This document shows, in pieces, positions 11,471 to 22,299 of a stretch of DNA of 28,910 nucleotides (position 1 is the first letter of the stretch; each line of letters begins with the position of its first letter). The stretch spans positions 1-28,910 of the forward strand of contig NW_021832500.1 of the NCBI RefSeq assembly GCF_006345805.1, in the 5' to 3' direction. The stretch comes from Octopus sinensis (Eukaryota). The position numbers were made by a program, and so were the translations under genes. The notes under the pieces were generated by a model. The model saw only the letters and a list, made by a program, of their open reading frames with translations. It was not told where the DNA came from and ran no database searches.

Positions 11471-11532
11471 ACACTTACGTAATGTGACGTGCATTTGGAA
11501 TGTATATATGCATATGTATATATGTATATATA

Positions 11533-11563
<31 letters not shown>

Positions 11564-11584
11564 CATGCGGACAGACAAACAAAA

Positions 11585-11747
11585 GGGAGCGTAGTGTAAA
11601 TAACGACAGAGTCAAGACTATTGAAAAGGTTGCAAGACGCAACGAAAATTTTAGGAAATAAAAATAAGAAATAAGTGGAATTTTACCGGTGAGTGTGTTA
11701 CATTATAAGGCACAAAAAGAAAATGACTCTCCCCAGACACAACAGAA
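11585..11747 (+). repeat. Unclassified dispersed repeat fragment
   Basis: Its 3' 43 nt recur inverted at 8723-8765; flanked by (TA)n. Confidence 0.55.
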
Positions 11748-12589
11748 TATATATATATAATATATGTATTTATATATTTATATATAAATATATGTGTGTA
11801 TGTATATATTTACTGAGAGAGAAGTGAGAAAGAGTAAGAGACACAATCATACACATGTATACACACACAATCATATACAAGCATACACACACAGATATAT
11901 ACATATATGTACACACATGCCTATGAGTTTTTATATATGTGAGACTTAATGTTCATTTTTTTGTATACATGGGTGTGTTTGTATGCTTACGTATCTGGTG
12001 TTTAAGTTCTTCCCATCGCCCCAAGTTTCCTTTGTTGAACTTAGTTTTGAGTTATCTGATGAATGGTGATTAAATATCGATTCTAATCGCCATCACTCAT
12101 CATTTTAATCTTTATTACATGTATTTGCATACGTAATTTTCTTTTGGTGATTTTTATCACTCACGAACACACAGCATTATATGATACTATTCTTAGCGTG
12201 AGACACAGAAAAAAATACCCTTCTTAGACTGTTATATGAATAAAGTTTAATATTTAAGTCTTGGTACTTCAACTCACTAAAATTTTTTTTCTCCTTTCAG
12301 GTTCTTTCCTCTTGCTATTATTAATCTTAATAAGTCGTTGTATAGTTTCTATAAATAGCTTAAGATAAAAGTATCTTACAAACTTCAGAAACATTTATGC
12401 GAATCTATTTAATCTGCCGTTATATGAATCAATGTAAAATTGTTTTTCATCTGAGGGCAAAACGAAATACAGAAGTTGTTCTAAAAATATTTATTAACAG
12501 AAAGAAGGTGGGTGGGAGAGGTATTATTTCTAAATATTCTAAGCATTATTAGATTTTAGAAACAAACATCACCAAACAGACTTATACGC

Positions 12590-12830
12590 ATGCGCATATA
12601 CAAAGACGTGCATACACACACACAAACATATATACTCGTACACGCCTACATTCATGTTCTATACATAAATACTTAGATAAACAAGTATATATACGCAGAC
12701 ACACATATAAGGAAATAGAGATGAGGAAAAGAAAGAATATATGTAAAGGACAATGGTATAGATACACAAATATGCGTATATATACACACACAACATATAT
12801 ATATGTATACACACACACACACACATTATG
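12590..12830. repeat. CA/TA-rich low-complexity tract
   Basis: Seen directly. Confidence 0.85.
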
Positions 12831-12894
12831 TATAAGTTTAAACATACTGTATTATGTGTATAGATTGCAGTGTTGTTTATCTTTTAGCTTTTAT

Positions 12895-13040
12895 TTACTT
12901 CAGCTACTGGTTGCGGGCATACTGTGGCAGCACCTTGATGGGGTTTCGTGGAATAGACCGACCTCAGCACCAATTTTATCAGCATCTAATACCAGACGGC
13001 TAAGTTACAGGGACGTAAGAAAACCAGCACTGACTCGTGA
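12895..13040 (-). mobile_element. Old, degenerate 3' half of SINE family A
   Basis: Reverse complement gtgctggttttcttacgtccctgtaacttagc...gataaaatt...ggtgctgccacagtatgcccgca matches the family A tail. Confidence 0.6.
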
Positions 13041-13458
13041 GGTAAACACAGATAAGTTTCTTTATTAGCCACAGAGGGGACAAAATACAATGTAGAGCTT
13101 TTCTTTTTGAAAATAGAAAAAGAGAAAAAAAAATTCCGATCAAAGGGGATCATGAAAAAAACGATCAAAAGGGATCGTGTAACACAGAAAATATTAAAAA
13201 TGTAAAAAGAAAGATTATGTCTATCCGTGGGCTTGCGATTGCTCCTGAATTCCGATCAAGAACATCCACCGAGAGAGAAGAAACCCTACTCCGCCTGGAA
13301 TTACATGGTCAGTTCCACCGTGAAACTAACCAGGAAGCATCATGGAGGTGGCTCAGCAAGGGTGACCTAAAAAAAACGAAGACAGAAAGCCTAATCATCG
13401 CTGCCTAGGACCAGGCATTGAATACCAATTCAGTGAAAAGAAATATATACAACACAAG

Positions 13459-13687
13459 GCGGCGAGCTGGCAGAATCGTTAGCACGTCGGGCGAAATGCT
13501 TAGCGGTATTTCATCTACCGCTATGTTCTGAGTTCAAATTCCGCCGAGGTCGACTTTCTCTTTCATCCTTTCGGGATCGATAAATAAAGTACCAGTTTCG
13601 CACTGGGATCGATATAATCGACTTAATCCCTTTGTCTGTTCTTGTTTGTCCTCTCTATGTTTAGCCCCTTGTGGGCAATAAAGAAAT
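13459..13687 (+). mobile_element. Full-length SINE family B with a 16-bp target-site duplication
   Basis: TSD atatatacaacacaag at 13443-13458 and 13688-13703. Confidence 0.95.
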
Positions 13688-14157
13688 ATATATACAACAC
13701 AAGTGCAACGAACCTCTGCAGAATGTGTGGGAAGAGGGTCGAAAGCGTGACTCACATTGTTAGTGCTTGTGAAAGTCTTGCACAGAAAGAATACAAGCGC
13801 AAGCATGAGGTAGCCTAAAACCTTCACTAGGTACTGTGCCGGAAGCATGGATACGAAGTAATGGGTGTGTGATACCGACATACACCAGAAATGGCAATGG
13901 ACGAAAAGGCAATGGACGACTTCCAATCATACAAGATGTTAGAGCACCGTAGGCCAGATATAGTAACTTTAAGGAGGGACAAACAAGAGTGTCTTATAAT
14001 TGACATGGCAGTGCTAGATCAACATATCATCATGAAAGAAAGAGAAAAGATTGATAAATATAGAGACCTGAGAATTCAGTTCGCGAAGCACTGACAGCTA
14101 CGAGAGTCAAACATAAAGGTTGTCCCGATTGTCATCGCAGCATTGGTTTCTATACCT

Positions 14158-14384
14158 ATTTCTTTATTACCCACAAGGGGCTAAACACAGAGAGGACAAA
14201 CAAGGACAGACATAGGTATTAAATCGATTATATCGACCCCAGTGCGTAACTGGTATTTAATTTATCGACCCCGAAAAGATGAAAGGCAAAGTTGACCTCG
14301 GCGGAATTTGAACTCACAACGTAACGCAGACGAAATACCGCTAAGCATCTCGCCCGGCGTGCTACCGTTTCTGCCAGCTCGCCA
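14158..14384 (-). mobile_element. Full-length SINE family B
   Basis: Reverse complement of the 13459 copy; inserted in the RLE C-terminal coding region. Confidence 0.93.
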
Positions 14385-14596
14385 CCCAACCTGAAGAAAC
14401 ATCAGGAAACTTTAGAAATACCCTACAACATTAGGTGTATTGTAAGAATCGGTATTACTTGGAATTGCGCGCATATTGCGTAAGATACTGTCTGTCTGAG
14501 GTCCTTGTTGTGACTTGACAGACATTACAAACCCCCGGCAGACAATATTTTCAATCAACAACATCACGATGCTGGATACTGTCGACGTATTAAATG

Positions 14597-14645
14597 ATGG
14601 TTATGATGATGACGATGAGGATGATGCTGCTGATGATGATGATGG

Positions 14646-14701
<56 letters not shown>

Positions 14702-14764
14702 ATGATGATGATGATGGTGGTGGTGATGATGGTGTGGGGGTGGGGGTGGTGGTGGGGGTGGGCG

Positions 14765-14805
<41 letters not shown>

Positions 14806-14901
14806 GTGATGATGATGGTGATGATGATGATGGTGGTGGTGGTGATGATGATGATGATGATGATGATGGTGATGGTGGTGGTGTGGTGGTGGTGGTGGTG
14901 G

Positions 14902-14950
<49 letters not shown>

Positions 14951-14967
14951 GTTCTTGATGATGATTC

Positions 14968-14999
<32 letters not shown>

Positions 15000-15020
15000 C
15001 TGATGACGACGACGATGATG
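14597..15020. repeat. (GAT)n/(GGT)n trinucleotide array
   Basis: Seen directly; source of the poly-D/M/H/S ORFs. Confidence 0.97.
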
Positions 15021-15439
15021 AAAATCTTACTATAGTTCCGCTACTGCTGCTACTGCTGTGGTTGGTGCCATATACTGATGGTCTTTTCCATATCGTCTGA
15101 CGATTAGACAAACCACAGGAGAACGTATCTATACATTCGTACACCAGTGATATTATGATATATTCTGTGTATCTATCAAATCTGAGATTGAAAAAGTTGG
15201 AAAGTAATTCCATATTTCAGTTCCTGGATAATGTTCATACCGAAGCGTTGGCGTCAGGATTATATCCGCTTATCTTGATTCCAGTACCTAACGTCGTGCC
15301 ATTCTTTTCTTTTTTTATATTTCATTTACCTTGTGGTGGTAAAATATCAAGCCATCCTAAAGGGAATTTGAACTTTTAAAGAAAATTATCGGGCGCTCAA
15401 AGGATTTCAGTATATGCCACGTTGAATTATATTGATGAA

Positions 15440-15595
15440 TGTGTTGTTAAGAAGCTCGTTTTTTTGCAGAAACGTGGTTTCTGGCTCAAGCCCACTGAGC
15501 CGCACCATGGACAAGTCTCTTCTACAATAACGGCGATCCGACCAATGCCCTGTGAGTGAATTTGGCAGACAAAACGGTGCAGAACCACGTCGTGT
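15440..15595 (+). mobile_element. Degenerate 5' half of SINE family A
   Basis: gttaagaagctcg...gctcaagcccactg...accatggacaagtctcttctac...gaccaatgccctgtgagtgaatttggcagac. Confidence 0.65.
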
Positions 15596-15915
15596 ATGTA
15601 TGTATGTATGTATGTATGTATGTATGTATGTATGTATGTATGTATGTATGTATGTATGTATGTTATTATTCAGTTTATTTCAAAAATTCTTACCGGTTAC
15701 AACCGGTTTCTAAGCTAGATCCAAGGTATGTATGTATGTAAGTATGTATGTATGTATGCATGTATGTAAGTATGCATGTATGTATGTATGCATGTATGTA
15801 TGTATATATGCATGTATGTATATATGTATGTATGTAAGTAAGTATGTATGTATGTATGTATGTATGTATGTATGTATGTATGTATGTATGTATGTATGTA
15901 TGTATGTATGTATGT
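15594..15915. repeat. Two (TATG)n arrays
   Basis: Seen directly. Confidence 0.95.
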
Positions 15916-15984
15916 AGGAAGGTAGGTATGTGCGTCATTGTGTCTGTATTTGTCACTGACCACCACTGTTTCACATCTGTGTTG

Positions 15985-16211
15985 GTTTATTCTTTTGTTT
16001 GTTTCAGTCATTTGACTGCGGCCATGCTGGAGCACTGCCTTTAGTCGAGCAAATCGACCCCAGGACTTATTCTTTGTAAGCCTAGCACTTATTCTATCAG
16101 ACTCTCTTGCCGAATCGCTAAGTGACGGGGACATAAGCACACCAGCATCGATTGTCAATAATGTTGGGGGGACAAACACAGACACATAAATATATACATA
16201 CACCCCCCCCC

Positions 16212-16245
<34 letters not shown>

Positions 16246-16390
16246 CTTCTTTCAATTTCCGTCTACCAGATCCACTCACAAGGTTTGGTCGGCCCGAAGC
16301 TATAGTAGAAGACACTTGCCCAAAGTGCCACACAGTGGGATTGAACCCGGAACTATGTGGTTCATAAGCAAGCTACTTACCACACTGCCA
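15985..16390 (-). mobile_element. Full-length SINE family A
   Basis: Reverse complement gives a tRNA-like head (gtgtggtaagtagcttgc...ccgggttcaatccc), accttgggcaagtgtc-like segment, internal (TA)n and gactgaaacaa tail. Confidence 0.92.
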
Positions 16391-16395
16391 CTCGT

Positions 16396-16550
16396 CCCAG
16401 AAACCTCGCGGTTCGCCAAACGAGACTAATAGAATAAATACTAAACTTTAAAAAAAAAACATAAGAACTAGTATTGATTTGTTCAATTAAAGCTTTTAAG
16501 GTGATGCCCCAGGGTGGCCGCAGACCAATGACTGAAACAAATAAAAATGT
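16396..16550 (+). mobile_element. Degenerate 3' half of SINE family A
   Basis: gtccc..aacctcgcggttcgccaaacgagactaatagaataa...ggccgcagaccaatgactgaaacaa. Confidence 0.7.
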
Positions 16551-17585
16551 AAAAACTAAAAGCAATATTTCTATTAAATTAATCAAACTATTGCTTCCTA
16601 ATATTTCCTTTCTGAAGCTATAGAAATCCAAATTATAAACTAATAGTCTTCAAATAATGCAAGTGTTTATTTAATCATACTTTACGACTACAAGCCATAA
16701 ATCACGGCGACAGAAATATACCATACATCAACGTTTATTTAATTACTTCTCGTCATTTAATCAAATTTTTCCTCAAGTTAGAAATGTGGTGTGAGTAATG
16801 TGAGGAATTCTTGAGATGACAAGAATTGAGGACTATTTACTGATTTAGAATAATATAAACGAGAACTGTTAAATGTTTGTACCAAAAAACGATGTATTCT
16901 AGCTAAAATTAATTTGATATTGTGAAGAAATATACTACGCGTATGTAAATTATGAAGCGGTTTATCTAAGGCTTTCTGGTATTACGTGGTTTACAGATAA
17001 ATCTCAGTTTCTGGAATGCAAAACTATTTCCTTTTTGCGAACTGTGTAATTCGTATTAATCCCTTAAGGGTTCTGTTTCTCCTGTTCTTTAGGTAAGATC
17101 TTCTCGATTGCTAACGATGAAATGCATCTCTTCTTCATAATGTTATACAAATAGATGCAGCAGGCAGTTAGATGTAAAGTATATTTTGCCTTACAAATAG
17201 AATTTGAGAAGCTTCGTTTGCATTGCTCATAGATATATATTCACTTACATGAATATTTGTGTATTCCGAGAGCTAACTTGTTCAATTATCTCCTATGCCA
17301 ATGAAACTTGATGTCCATGAGCTATATATACCTGTCGCTGAATTTGAGGAAAATTCAGAAAGATACACAGTGTCCAGAATTAGTATCAGTATCTCTTGTT
17401 TCATAAAGGACCAATACATTTAATCGTTAACTGCAATGAGCTCACACCAATTATATGTACCTAGAAAAGTACAACCATTTTAAAACGTCACCACTTGTAT
17501 GTCATCTACGCAGATTGTTCATAAAATAATTTTTATTTGTCTATTTTCGGAAAAAGACATGTATTCTGTTATAGAAATTGAGCAT

Positions 17586-17736
17586 AGGCACTGTGTGGTA
17601 AGTAACTTGCTTACCAGCCCATGGTTCCGGGTTCAGTCCCACTGCATGCACCTTGGGTAAGTGTCTTCTACTATAGCCTGCGGCCGACCAATGCCTTGTG
17701 AATAGATTTGATAGACGGAAACTGAAAGAAGCCGTC

Positions 17737-17796
<60 letters not shown>

Positions 17797-18021
17797 GTGT
17801 GTTTGTGTATCTGTGTTTGCCCCCCCCAACATCGCTTGACAACCGATGCTGGTATGTATACATCCCCGTAACTTAGCGGTTCGACCTAAGAGACCGATAG
17901 AATAAGTACTAGTCTTACAAAAGGAATAAACCCTGGGCTCCATTTGCTCGACTAAAGCTGGTGTTCCGGCATGGCCACAGTCACATGACTGAAACAAGTA
18001 AAAGAGTAAAGAGTAAAGAGT
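17586..18021 (+). mobile_element. Full-length SINE family A with (AAAGAGT)n tail
   Basis: A/B-box head (gtggtaagt...ggttcagtccc), internal (TA)n/(TG)n, tandem-repeat 3' tail. Confidence 0.93.
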
Positions 18022-18453
18022 ATCCCATTGCTGGCTAACGAAGCACTCACTAATCATAAAGCTGGGACACATCTGTAGATAGCCTCAAGCGACTGCATTG
18101 GACACTACGCAGCACAGTCCTAAGATAGAAAACTCCGATTCCTAACTCTGTTGTTAGGTATCATTATTCAATAATTAAAATAATTTCCTGGTATAAATAA
18201 GTATTGATTGATGCGGTTATTGACGGTTAATTTTCGAATTTCAGAATCAGTACTTCTCATAGGTAGGAATATATATATCGAGTGAAAAGGATCCGACACA
18301 TCGCTATGCTGAATAATGTTAAAAAGATTAAACACTTTTAAACTTGTCGACCACCATTGTAGAGAAAGGCAAATTGTATAGATATAAACTCTATTTTATC
18401 TTGTAATTAATCAAAACTGTAGAGCAAAACAATTTCCTAAGTGGGGAGAAATA

Positions 18454-18550
18454 GAAAGCTTCTGACAATGCGGAAAGTTTAATAAAATCGTAATATTTCA
18501 GGCACAAAGGCCCATCTTCAGAAAAAAAAGAGCAGTCTCAGAAAAGTGCA
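18454..18550 (-). ncRNA. Left arm of an inverted repeat with a minimal hammerhead-like core
   Basis: Minus strand: CUGAAGA(18521-18515)-U-GGGC-cuuugu-GCCU-GAAA-U-AUU; stem II is intact, stem I is degraded. Confidence 0.55.
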
Positions 18551-18567
18551 GTTACGTAGGTTCCATT

Positions 18568-18878
18568 TTTATTTATTTATGCACCCTTTTCAAGCCTAGC
18601 CAAGCTTATGGGCCCGGTTTCCCGGTTTCTATGGCGTATGTGTTCCCCCCAGCTGGACGGGATGCCAGTCCATCGCAGCGTTACTCAAGAAACACGAAGA
18701 AAGAATGAGAGAAAGTTGGGGCGAAAGAGTTCAGCAGGGGTCACCACCGCACTGCCGGAGTCTCATGGAGCTTTAGGTGTTTTCGCTCAATAGACACACA
18801 CAACGTCTGGTCTGGGAATCGAAACCGCGATCTTCTGACCGCGAGTCCGCTGCCCTAACCACTGGGCCATTGCTCCTC
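18568..18878 (-). mobile_element. SINE family C, full length, with TSD
   Basis: Head ggaggagcaatggcccagtggttagggcagcggactc...ggtttcgattccc; (TAAA)n tail; TSD cgtaggttccatt (18555-18567) / cgtatgttccatt (18879-18891). Confidence 0.92.
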
Positions 18879-18904
18879 CGTATGTTCCATTAACCCACAG
18901 TTAG

Positions 18905-18998
18905 TGGACTTTTCTGAGACTGTTCTTTTCTTCTGAAGATGAGCCTTTTTGCCTGAAATATAAAGGTTTTTAAACTTTCCGCATTGTCAGAAGTCTTC
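18905..18998 (+). ncRNA. Right arm of the inverted repeat with a minimal type I hammerhead-like core
   Basis: UCUU-CUGAAGA(18933-18939)-U-GAGC-cuuuuu-GCCU-GAAA(18955-18958)-U-AUA^AAGG. Stem I UCUU/AAGG pairs; stem III is palindromic AUAU; one mismatch in stem II. Confidence 0.6.
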
Positions 18999-19319
18999 TG
19001 TTTTCTTACTTTTTATCTTCTTCGATATTACAATGCTTCAAGCGAACTACAACTTTCTAATTTCCCAAATATTTTGGTGAGGGTAGTTCTGGTTTCAGTT
19101 ACTTTGAGAACCACTGGTCTCAATGTTTCTTTAAAAGCACGGTACATCTTAGTCGAGTTGTTGACGCAGCAACAGTTCTCGTTTCAGACTAGTTTTCTTT
19201 ACTTATTTGTGCTCTCAAAATGCGAGAACACAATAAAACTGTATTGTCAACTTATTTTATTATATTATACTTCAAACCTTCCCCATGAAATTAATAGAAA
19301 AACTACTTCACTATATATA

Positions 19320-19626
19320 AGAGGAGATCCGTTAGGTCATGAATGACCATGGGACTGCACCTAGAAAATTACCTTCCGAGGCACAAGTCCGGGCAAGGTT
19401 GTTTGTTGAAGGCCAGCCTCCCCTCTCCACACCACTGATGTTATCCAAGGGAAAGGCAAAGGTCGATACAGCTTGGCACCAGTGATGTCGCAACTCATTT
19501 CTACAGCTGAGTGAACTGGAGCAACGTGAAATAAAGTGCTTTGCTCAAGGACGCAACGCGTGCCGGGAATTGAACTCACGACGTTACGATCGTGAGCCGA
19601 ATGCCCTAACCACTAAGCCACGCGCC
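19320..19626 (-). mobile_element. SINE family D, CORE-domain type
   Basis: tRNA head ggcgcgtggcttagtggttagggcattcggctcacgatcgtaacgtcgtgagttcaattccc, followed by ccttgagcaaagcactttatttcacgttgctccagttcactcagctgtagaaatgag, which resembles the CORE consensus. Confidence 0.85.
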
Positions 19627-19629
19627 ATC

Positions 19630-19673
19630 ACATTATACATACACACATATATATATATATATGTGTGTTGTGC

Positions 19674-19723
<50 letters not shown>

Positions 19724-19850
19724 ATATATATATGTATGCATATATATATATATATATATGTATGTATATATATGTATTTGTATATATAATACACCTGTTT
19801 GTGTGTAGGTGTGTATGTCTTAAGTCGTGTGTGTTGTGTGTGTGTGTGTA
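19630..19850. repeat. (TA)n/(TG)n microsatellite
   Basis: Seen directly. Confidence 0.95.
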
Positions 19851-19989
19851 TGCGCGCGCTTTCAGTTGCGTAGAAAATCCACAGCAGCCTGGCGTTAATC
19901 CTAATTCAAATTCACTTTGATTCTAATGCCATTTAAGGGCCAAGTGGGATTAAAGAAATCATCCGATTTCAAGCATCTTCTATAGAAAG

Positions 19990-20120
19990 GTCGTCTAACG
20001 CAGCCGTTCAATCTTAACGTTAATTCGTCAATTAGTGGCAGCCATTTACACCCAGTTAAGCCGAGCCATTAAGCTATTAAGTATCTCGGTCATGTACACG
20101 GTGCAACGTCGGGCACAAGT
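19990..20120 (-). mobile_element. Possible very old CORE-like SINE remnant
   Basis: ccatttacacccagttaagccgagcc..ttaagtatctcggtcatgtacac loosely resembles the family D core. Confidence 0.3.
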
Positions 20121-20688
20121 TAAGATCTCTGCATCTATCGGTCATTAGTTCAGTAATTTATTGATAATAGATGGCTGTCTTTCGAAATCTTAATATCAAC
20201 GACCAAATAAAGAGATGTGCTTTTTAGTTTTGTTCTTTAGTTTTTGCTTTTTAGTTTTGTTGCATGTTTTTTTTTTCTAGGTTTGGAGCTATAACGTAGT
20301 ATCTTATCTGAATCTTTTATCGATATATTTGCCAATGTAGCTATCAGGCCAACCCTAAATAGAACGGTTGGCAAAATATATTCTCCAGCTGTCAATAGTA
20401 TGACACCAGAGACAATAAATTACTAGCGTCGGCAGACAAGGTTAGTTTCAATAAAAAAAAAATTATATTTCGATATTTTATAACTACGAAACTACCTCTC
20501 GTTTTTTTTTTGTAACTCTGTATAAGAGTTACTGATGTTTGCATAGATAAAAATACTGGATAAATATACAAAATTAGGAGTTTCGCATCTGCATAACGCT
20601 GCTGTGTTTTATCCATGGCAAAGCATTTAACAATTAACAGCTATGTCCATCTTACAGTATATAAATACCTAGTGAGGTAGGTTTTACT

Positions 20689-20908
20689 GGCAGAAGCGTT
20701 AGCACGACGGGCGAAATGCTCAGCAGTATTTCGTCTGCCGTTACGTTCTGCGAGTTCAAAATCCGCCGAGGTCGACTTTGCCATTCATCCTTTAGGGGTC
20801 GATAAATTAAGTGCCAGTTACGCACTGGGGTCGATATAATCGACTTAATCCGTTTGTCTGTCCTTGTTTGTCTCCTCTGTGTTTAGCCCCTTGTGGGTAG
20901 CAAAGAAA
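20689..20908 (+). mobile_element. SINE family B with an 11-bp TSD
   Basis: TSD taggttttact at 20678-20688 and 20909-20919. Confidence 0.93.
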
Positions 20909-22299
20909 TAGGTTTTACTTTTGTAAATACAGTGGAATTTATAAATATTTCGTTGACTTGCGATTTTAAGTTCAAATCCTATTACAAGTAAGACATCTTG
21001 CAAATAGTTTAGCGTAGATTTGTTTAGACAACGGGATTAGATGCCCTTTCTAAGCATATAGGTAAATATGAAAAAGTTTGATTACATGCATTCTCTTAAG
21101 AAAATCCACACTATTTCCTAACTTACAACATAATTACACAACTGAAAATTACTGTTCTTGAGAATTGTGTGCAGGAATCCAGGCTAAAACACTTAATTTT
21201 CAAATGAATCGCTCCGGTTAGCATTAAGTAGTCGTGCATTTGAGTTCTGAAAACAACTTCAGGCACTTTAAATGAGCGAATATATCATTAATGATCCATC
21301 TTATAGACAGTTACGAGATAAACAAGACTGATTCATCTTAGATAAATAATATCTAAAAAAACATTGTACTGACACGATCGATCACAATACGTTATTAGTC
21401 TCTCTATTTCTTGTATATCATCATGCAACACATTCCTTCTTATCTATCTTGCTTTATATATCCACTTATATTCTCTATCTAATCCACCTTCTGTTTAGGC
21501 AGTTATCAGATCTTATTCTATCACGTAGTTTACACCAGTCTGTCTTTGTTTACACTAGTCTGTTTATGTTTTTATTTTTATTCTTTTTCTTATTTTCTGA
21601 ATCAACTTTTCAGTTCTGTGTGTCATCTAACTTATTTACATAACATTTTATTAGTCATCTATTTGTCTGTCTAACTAATATTCTTGCTTTGTTATCGTAT
21701 GTCTATAATTATTTTCTAGAACGTAAAACTATATTTATACGCCAAGAATTCACAGACTTAATAATAATGTACAAATTATTTCGTCGGCTTCAAAAATTAT
21801 GTAAAAGAAGTGCTTCTTATTCAACCTAGTAATAGCTAGCAATTTTCAATTTCTATTCTCTATTCTAAAAAAATTAATCAATAAACGACCCAGTTTATTT
21901 TCTTCACAAATGGGTTTAGGAGTTAATCAATTTTTAATGAAGGCCAGTAAAACTTCATCAAAGATATTTTCTTGACAACTTTTTAGTCCAGTATATTTTT
22001 TTCATTCCATTCTTCTCAATTTTTATATATTCATTTTAACAATCTCTTTCTTCGGGTTTCTTTATCCTCCATTTTCCCCCTCTCCCTTGTCATTCTTCGT
22101 CTTCTCTTCATTCTCTTCCTCCTTGCTGAACTTTCTTATCTACTTTTTCTTCGTAGTCATTTAAAAAAAAAAATTTATCGTATGTTTAATTTGATTTGAA
22201 GCGTATAATTTAGTTTCGAATGTATAAACCCCACCCTGGCTCCATACTGTAGTTAAATATCGTTATAAAGGGTAGTGTCTGTACTTACGTACAATCCAG

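Larger units (their letters stand above)
13215..14595 (+). mobile_element. Decayed R4/Dong-clade non-LTR retrotransposon, 3' part (CCHC knuckle plus restriction-like endonuclease)
   Basis: LHGQF..SWRWLSKGDLK..TESLIIAA*DQAL; CRMC..VESVTHIVSAC..LAQKEYKRKH; HRRPDIV..CLIIDMAV; KEREKIDKYRDL; VVPIVI; HILRKILSV* (TGA 14497-14499). Interrupted by two family B SINEs. Confidence 0.88.

Noticed and set aside
12283-12300. Strong plus-strand acceptor ttttttttctcctttcag
   Set aside because: No open frame or matching donor downstream.
14515-15213. Poly-D/M and poly-H/S ORFs
   Set aside because: They are translations of the (GAT)n/(GGT)n array.
15330-15356. 27-nt minus-strand micro-exon candidate (DGLIFYHHK)
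   Set aside because: AG/GT pairs of this quality are frequent by chance and there is no supporting context.
20322-20381. Imperfect 13-14-bp inverted repeat atatatttgccaa/ttggcaaaatatat
   Set aside because: Short and AT-rich; not distinguishable from chance.
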